This document shows positions 58,483 through 64,000 of a stretch of 64,000 bases of DNA, one piece after another; the first letter of the stretch is position 1, and each line of letters starts with the position of its first letter. Source of the stretch: Phycisphaerales bacterium (GTDB lineage Bacteria > Planctomycetota > Phycisphaerae > Phycisphaerales > UBA1924); NCBI GenBank assembly GCA_965227775.1, contig OZ245777.1, positions 96,001 through 160,000 of the forward strand. Reading direction: 5' to 3'. The notes below the pieces were generated by a model, which made no database searches, was not told where the DNA came from, and saw only the letters and a list, made by a program, of their open reading frames with translations. Both the position numbers and the translations under genes were made by a program.

Positions 58483-59901
58483 ATGTCCGAACCCGGCACG
58501 ACGCTCGAGTCCCCGCAAGTCGTTGAAGCGAACAAGGGAGCCCCGGAGGAGGCCATCCTCGACGGGGCGGTCGAACGCGGCGATGGCGGTGTGTGCTGCG
58601 ACTGGCTCGAGAGCGCCAGCACCGAGCAGACGATCCACGCCGTCAGCGCGATGGACACCAGCGAGCAGGCAAGGCTGCTCGCGCTGCTGCCAGCGGACAC
58701 GGCGGCCGAAGTGTGCGAAGCGCTGCCGCGCGTGCAGGCGGCGGGCGCGCTTGCTGCGCTCGGCCAGCTCGACCACGAGAAGGCCGCCGACATTCTCGAA
58801 GCGATGACCAGCGACGACCGGGCCGACCTGGTCGCCGCGATCAATGAGGACGAGGCGCACGCCATCCTGGCGGCCATGCCCGCCGAGGTTGCCGACGAGA
58901 CGCGTCGCCTTGCGAGCTACGAGGAGGACTCGGCCGGCGGGCTGATGCTCACCGAGTTTCTCGCCTTCAACGAGTCCATGACGGTTCGCGATGTGCTCGC
59001 CGACATGGAAGAGAACGCCGAGCGATATCGCGACTACAACATCCAGTACTCGTACGTGGTCGACGCGGCCGGCTCGCTCCGGGGCGTCATTCCCATCCGC
59101 AGGCTGCTCATGGCCCGTCGGACGACACCGGTCGCCGAGATCATGGTGAAGGACCCGGTGTCGGTTGCCGACACGACCGACTTCGATGCGCTGCGCGGCG
59201 TGTTTGACGACCACGGCTTCCTGGCGTTCCCCGTGGTAGACGGCCAGCATCGATTGCTTGGCGTTGTCGAGCGAAGCGCGGTGAGCGAGGCGGCGCTGGA
59301 AGACGCCGATGACATGTACCGCGCCAGCCAGGGTATCGTGGGTGGCGAGGAGCTCCGCTCGATGCCGCTGACGTTGCGCAGCCGCCGGCGTCTGGCGTGG
59401 CTGAGCATCAACATCGTGCTGAACATCGCCGCCGCGAGCGTCATCGCGTTCCATCAGGAGACGCTCGAGGCCGTCATCGCGCTGGCGGTGTTCCTGCCGA
59501 TCATCTCGGACATGAGTGGCTGCTCAGGCAACCAGGCGGTGGCGGTGAGCATGCGGGAGCTGACGCTCGGTGTGACGCGACCGCGGGACATCTTCCGTGT
59601 TCTGTTCAAGGAGTGCAGCGTCGGCATCATCAACGGGATCATCCTGGGCATCCTGATCGGCGGCGTTGCGTTCTTGTGGCAGGGCAATATTGCGCTCAGC
59701 CTGGTTGTCGGCAGCGCTCTGGCGGCGAACACGCTGATCGCGGTTTGCATCGGCGGCGGCGTGCCGCTTCTACTCAAGGGCTTCAAGACCGACCCTGCCC
59801 TCGCGAGCGGACCGATCCTCACGACCATCACCGACATGTGCGGCTTCCTGATCGTGCTCACCCTGGCGAGCGCAGCGATGGGGTACCTGACGGCTGGATG
59901 A
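58483..59901 (+). CDS. mgtE: Magnesium transporter MgtE
   Basis: Y.EDSAGGLM..E, CBS pair, R..WL, GN.Q, DPALASGP.LTT.TD. Confidence 0.94.
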   Translation: MSEPGTTLESPQVVEANKGAPEEAILDGAVERGDGGVCCDWLESASTEQTIHAVSAMDTSEQARLLALLPADTAAEVCEALPRVQAAGALAALGQLDHEKAADILEAMTSDDRADLVAAINEDEAHAILAAMPAEVADETRRLASYEEDSAGGLMLTEFLAFNESMTVRDVLADMEENAERYRDYNIQYSYVVDAAGSLRGVIPIRRLLMARRTTPVAEIMVKDPVSVADTTDFDALRGVFDDHGFLAFPVVDGQHRLLGVVERSAVSEAALEDADDMYRASQGIVGGEELRSMPLTLRSRRRLAWLSINIVLNIAAASVIAFHQETLEAVIALAVFLPIISDMSGCSGNQAVAVSMRELTLGVTRPRDIFRVLFKECSVGIINGIILGILIGGVAFLWQGNIALSLVVGSALAANTLIAVCIGGGVPLLLKGFKTDPALASGPILTTITDMCGFLIVLTLASAAMGYLTAG

Positions 59902-59969
59902 TCGAAACGGCGAGCGGACGAATCCCAACAACATGGCGACGCACCCTCGATCCTGGGAGGACCCTCGCC

Positions 59970-60389
59970 ATGCCCGCCGCCATGACCTGCTGCCACGCCG
60001 CCCCGCCGCCGCTTCCCGCCGAGGCCGAGCAAGCCCCTGGGGGGTCGAAGCGTCGCGGCCGCTGCCAGGCGATGACCGCCTCGCCCGGCCGGGCGATGAT
60101 GGTCGTCATGACCCTTGCAACCGCGCTGGCGACGGTGGTCGCCCTGGGCCAGTTGGCCGACGGCGGCTCGGGTGAGCAGGCGGGCGAGACGCTGTTCATC
60201 GTTTCGGCGTTCAACCTGGTGTTCACGGCGCTCTTCGCGCCGCTGGTGGCGATCTTCACCCTCCGCTCTGGCTTCTGCCGCGCCATCGGGTCGTTCTTCA
60301 GCACCATCTTCACGGGCATCGCCCTGACGCTGGGGCTGCTCTTCATGAGCGTCACGATCCTGTTCGGGCTGTCGGCCGTGTTTGGCTGA
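59970..60389 (+). CDS. Membrane protein
   Basis: Three hydrophobic segments; start uncertain. Confidence 0.6.
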   Translation: MPAAMTCCHAAPPPLPAEAEQAPGGSKRRGRCQAMTASPGRAMMVVMTLATALATVVALGQLADGGSGEQAGETLFIVSAFNLVFTALFAPLVAIFTLRSGFCRAIGSFFSTIFTGIALTLGLLFMSVTILFGLSAVFG

Positions 60390-60446
60390 ACAACGAGCGA
60401 TCACCCTGCCGGTCGAGATAACCCGCAACGCCCGATACACTGGTTT

Positions 60447-61517
60447 GTGCCCGAGACCGAGCCGAGCAAAGCACCGAAGACCGAAGGGCCGATAGAAGCT
60501 CGTGCGTCCGGTGAGGGCGGTGAAGCTCACTGTTCTTCGAACGGCGCGACGCCGGCTTCGCCCAATGCCAGCCCGGTGACGCCCAGTGCGCACATCGCGG
60601 ACATCTTCCGCCAGGACGGCACGACGGCGAGCTTCGAGTTCTTTCCACCCAAGAACGCCGAAGCCGCCGAGAAGCTATATCAGGCCATTAGCGACCTAGA
60701 AGAGCTTCGCCCGAGCTTCGTGTCGGTGACCTATGGCGCCGGCGGCAGCACGCGTGAGCTCACAAGGGAACTCGTCCTGCGCATCCGTCGCGAGACGCCG
60801 CTGCATCCGGTTCCCCACATGACGGGCGTGTGCCACACGCCGCAGGAATTGGACGAGATGCTCGAGGACTACGCCCGTGCTGGCGTACGCAACATCATGG
60901 CACTTGGAGGCGATCCTCCGCTCCATGATGGGATCCCTCGGGGCAGGCGCGAGGGCGAAGACCCCTTCGCCCACTTTCGCTACGGCGTTGACGTAGTCCG
61001 CGCAATTCGCTCGTACTCGGACAAGAACCTTGGCGCGGACCGTGCCTTTGGCATTGGCGTTGGTGGGTACCCGGAGGGCCACGCCGCGACGCCCAACCGC
61101 CTGAAAGAGATGGACCATCTCAAGGCCAAGGTCGACGCTGGGGCCGACTTCATCATCACCCAGCTGTTCTTCGACAACCACGACTTCTACGACTTCCGCG
61201 AGCGGTGCGAGCTCGCGGGCATCCGCATCCCTGTCGTGGCGGGCGTCATGCCCATCACGAGCACGAAGGGCATGGATCGCATGGCCGAGCTTGCAGCGGG
61301 CAGCCGGTTCCCAGCGCCGCTGCTGCGGGCACTGCGGCGTGCTGGCGACGATCCCGATCTGATCCGCCGAGTGGGCTTGCACTGGGCCACCGAGCAGTGC
61401 CGCGACCTGCTCGATCACAAGGTTGCCGGGCTGCATCTCTACACGCTCAACAAGAGCACGGCCACGCGTGAGATCTATCGCACGCTTGGAGTCAAAGACT
61501 CGCGGTCATTGTCTTGA
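60447..61517 (+). CDS. metF: 5,10-methylenetetrahydrofolate reductase (true start may be nearer 60577)
   Basis: SFEFFPPK, FVSVTYGAGGSTR, YPEGH, KVDAGADF.ITQLFFD, GLHLYTLN. Confidence 0.94.
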   Translation: MPETEPSKAPKTEGPIEARASGEGGEAHCSSNGATPASPNASPVTPSAHIADIFRQDGTTASFEFFPPKNAEAAEKLYQAISDLEELRPSFVSVTYGAGGSTRELTRELVLRIRRETPLHPVPHMTGVCHTPQELDEMLEDYARAGVRNIMALGGDPPLHDGIPRGRREGEDPFAHFRYGVDVVRAIRSYSDKNLGADRAFGIGVGGYPEGHAATPNRLKEMDHLKAKVDAGADFIITQLFFDNHDFYDFRERCELAGIRIPVVAGVMPITSTKGMDRMAELAAGSRFPAPLLRALRRAGDDPDLIRRVGLHWATEQCRDLLDHKVAGLHLYTLNKSTATREIYRTLGVKDSRSLS

Positions 61518-62137
61518 CACGGGAGCTATTGAGTGTGCCGGCCGACCATGCAGCGCGCACGCTGCTTGGGTGGGTGCTTTGTCGCAGGCTCCAAGAAGGC
61601 GACGAGCTCCGCGGGCGCATCGTCGAGACCGAGGCCTATCTCGGCATCGAAGACGAGGCCGCGCATACGTACCGAGGGCGGCGAACGAAACGCAACGAGT
61701 CGATGTACGCCCAGCCTGGCACGGCGTACGTGTACTTCACGTACGGCATGCACTGGTGCATGAATGTGGCGTGCGCGAGCGAGGGCGATCCGCAAGCGGT
61801 GCTGCTTCGGGCGATCGAGCCGGTCGAGAACGCCGCTCGGATGGATGAATTGCGTCGCCGAAGTCCGAAGGCGGCGGCGAAACTGGCTGAGCACAAGATC
61901 GGCTCAGGGCCCGCCCGCCTGTGCGCGGCGCTGGGCATCGATCGAGACTGCGACGGGCGTGACCTGCTCGAACCGCCGAAGGCTGGCGAGCCGCTCTGGC
62001 TCGAGCCGGGCGATGCGGACGGGAAAATTTTGCTCGGCCCGCGGATCGGCATCGACCGTGTCGGAGATCGCTGGCGAGAGGCACCGCTCCGATTCGGCAT
62101 TGCTGGAAGCAGCTCGCTGAGCCGGCCGTTCCCCTGA
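61514..62137 (+). CDS. mpg: DNA-3-methyladenine glycosylase (MPG family)
   Basis: GRIVETEAY, YVYFTYGMHWCMN, AVLLRAIEP, GPARLC.ALGI, PRIGI. Confidence 0.92.
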   Translation: MTRELLSVPADHAARTLLGWVLCRRLQEGDELRGRIVETEAYLGIEDEAAHTYRGRRTKRNESMYAQPGTAYVYFTYGMHWCMNVACASEGDPQAVLLRAIEPVENAARMDELRRRSPKAAAKLAEHKIGSGPARLCAALGIDRDCDGRDLLEPPKAGEPLWLEPGDADGKILLGPRIGIDRVGDRWREAPLRFGIAGSSSLSRPFP

Positions 62138-62276
62138 GGCAACGAGTGGCTTCCCTGTTCGGTCCTTGTGGGGAGTTGGGGGGAATCGCCGTCGCGTGCC
62201 GATACTGGGTGCGCCCGCGTGTACGATGACCCGTCGGCCGGGAATGACTCGGCCCTCCAGGCAGGTTTGGACAGGT

Positions 62277-62831
62277 ATGGACGAGCTCATCGACTGGCAG
62301 CGGATGCGGACACTGGCGCCCTTTTCGCCCGAGGCGTTCCGCTTCGTGCAAGAGGGCCTGCAGCACACCCTCGAGAAGGTCCGCGGTGACGCGTCCGACG
62401 AGACAACCGCCGACTCGACTATTGAGATGAGCGAAGCCCAGAGCGAAGAGGACCTCGACCTCGCGCTGTTGGGCGAGATCGCGGGTATCGACCCCAGCGA
62501 CCTGGACGAGATCGCCCAGACACAGAGCCGTCACGTAAGCGGGCAGGAGCTGTGCTTTGGCCTCCGATCGCTCGCGGTCGAGAAGTACGGCCTGTTAGCA
62601 CGCACAGTGCTCCGCGGATGGGGTGTGCGAAGCACCGAGGACTTCGGCAAGATCGTGTACGCGATGGTCGACACCGGCCTGCTCCGCACGAGCGACAACG
62701 ATTCCCTGGACGATTTCCGCGGCGTGTACGAATTCGAGGAGGCCTTCGATGGCCCGCTCGAGCGTGGCATGCGCGGTCCGAGTGCGACGGCGGCAGACGG
62801 CGCCGGCGAAGAGGCGGGCGGAGTTGGCTAA
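62277..62831 (+). CDS. Minf_1886-like conserved PVC protein
   Basis: EAF.FV.EGL, RHVSGQELC.G.R.LA...YGLLA..VL..WG...TEDFG.IV, D...DF..VY.F. Confidence 0.8.
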   Translation: MDELIDWQRMRTLAPFSPEAFRFVQEGLQHTLEKVRGDASDETTADSTIEMSEAQSEEDLDLALLGEIAGIDPSDLDEIAQTQSRHVSGQELCFGLRSLAVEKYGLLARTVLRGWGVRSTEDFGKIVYAMVDTGLLRTSDNDSLDDFRGVYEFEEAFDGPLERGMRGPSATAADGAGEEAGGVG

Positions 62832-64000
62832 GCGTCCCGCCGCACCACAGTCGGGCGACGGGGACGCCGCGCCGGAAGAGCCGGCGCAGCCAGCTGATAA
62901 AAATTCTCTCAAGGGCCAGCCCTGGTACGCCAGGCATCTGTGGCAGATCCAGCCGATCCGCGACATCCTGCTGTTTGCAGCGGTGTTCGGCGTGCTCTAC
63001 CTGGGTTACGTGCTGCGAACGGTGACGGTGCCGCTGCTGCTGGCATTGCTGCTGGCGTATCTGCTCGAGCCCGTGGTGCAGCGGCTCGAACGGTCGAAGC
63101 ACTTCACGCGGCAAGGGGCGGTATCGGGCATCCTGTTCGCAGTCGTGCTGTTCGTGGCTGTGCCGGCGGCGCTGGCGACGGCGTTCGCTGTTGTGCAGGG
63201 TGTCGGCTTTGCGAAGACGCTCGGGACCAACGCCGATCACATCATGACGGTCACCGACTATGTGAAGCAGCACGAGACCGACGCTCGGCCCATCTTCACG
63301 AAGGGCGAAGACGGATCGAAGGGCACGTTACTCTTCTATGAGGTTGTGCCGCAAAACGAGGCCCTGGCAGACCCGGACCCGCAAGCGGCCGACGTCGAAC
63401 CGTCCGAGGCGCCGCGGGGGCCGTTGATCCAATCGCAAGAAGCCCGGAAAGCGTCGAACGCATTCCTGGCGCTTCCCGAGGTGATCAAACCGGTCGTGTA
63501 CGAGTACACGAGGCGGACGGTGGAGACTCTCGACGACGATGGCGGAGCGGGCGGCGCGACCGACGCGCTGGCCCAGCTACTCGACTGGACCCTTGGCATC
63601 GTGCGCGGAAACGCGGCGCGCATGACCGATGCGGCGGTGCAGGGTGGACGCATGACGTTGGCAACGGGGCTGGCAACGGTCACGTCGATCGGCATGCTGC
63701 TGTTTGGCTTGTTCCTGACCGGCTTCTTCTTCTTCTTCCTCTCTACCGGCTACGCCCACGTACGCGGCTTTGGCTACGAGGTCTTGCCCCACCGCTACCG
63801 CGACCAGATCGTCGATCTGCTGCAGCAGATGGATCGGGTGGTCGCAGGATTCGTGCGCGGGCGCATCACGATCGCGATCATCCAGAGCGTGATCTTCACG
63901 ATCGCGTACTGGCTCATTGGCGTGCCGGCCCCGCTCATCTTCGGCCCACTCGTCGGCATCCTGAGCATCGTGCCGTACGTCGCGCTGCTGGGCATCCCGA
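62824..64000 (+). CDS. AI-2E family transporter (runs off the window end; not in ORF track)
   Basis: TTG start; HLWQIQPIRD, PLLLALLLAYLLEPVV..LE, GFVRGRI, G.LSIVPYV. Confidence 0.85.
   Translation, partial: MAKRPAAPQSGDGDAAPEEPAQPADKNSLKGQPWYARHLWQIQPIRDILLFAAVFGVLYLGYVLRTVTVPLLLALLLAYLLEPVVQRLERSKHFTRQGAVSGILFAVVLFVAVPAALATAFAVVQGVGFAKTLGTNADHIMTVTDYVKQHETDARPIFTKGEDGSKGTLLFYEVVPQNEALADPDPQAADVEPSEAPRGPLIQSQEARKASNAFLALPEVIKPVVYEYTRRTVETLDDDGGAGGATDALAQLLDWTLGIVRGNAARMTDAAVQGGRMTLATGLATVTSIGMLLFGLFLTGFFFFFLSTGYAHVRGFGYEVLPHRYRDQIVDLLQQMDRVVAGFVRGRITIAIIQSVIFTIAYWLIGVPAPLIFGPLVGILSIVPYVALLGIP

Noticed and set aside
60390..60580. SAM/SAH riboswitch upstream of metF
   Set aside because: No recognisable SAM-I, SAM-II or SAH consensus by eye; an Rfam scan would be needed

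Overview
GC-rich bacterial chromosomal window, most likely Planctomycetota, order Phycisphaerales. The assignment is inferred from the repeated C-terminal 'C.AD.DGDG.LT.FDFL.FQN.F.AGC' dockerin-like tag, a prepilin-type/DUF1559-like gene, a VPLPA/PEP-CTERM gene and an isolated nuoE. About 60 protein-coding genes are supportable. They are mostly housekeeping or envelope genes (feoAB, rarA, lipB, lpxA, cls, acyl-CoA carboxyltransferase, moxR, an ECF sigma cluster, tatC, tadA, nuoE, ppa, nrdR, mgtE, metF, mpg). No rRNA, tRNA, CRISPR array, integrase or transposase was recognised. Four things stand out. (1) Eight secreted proteins with unrelated N-terminal cargo all end in the same dockerin-like tag, and four of them have their own sigma70-like promoter. 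(2) Two orphan 3'-end copies of the tag, absent from the ORF track, suggest cargo cassettes are swapped or inserted at the tag-coding DNA. (3) A locus at about 20.2-23.0 kb combines a degenerate 13 x 21-bp phased DNA array, a lower-GC Schlafen/AlbA_2-type gene and a divergent helical+FnIII-like gene bracketed by hairpins. (4) One tagged cargo resembles a beta-pore-forming-toxin hairpin, and one hypothetical protein has AEP (primase-polymerase)-like motifs. All family assignments come from motif recognition by eye, not database searches, and some start codons are best guesses.
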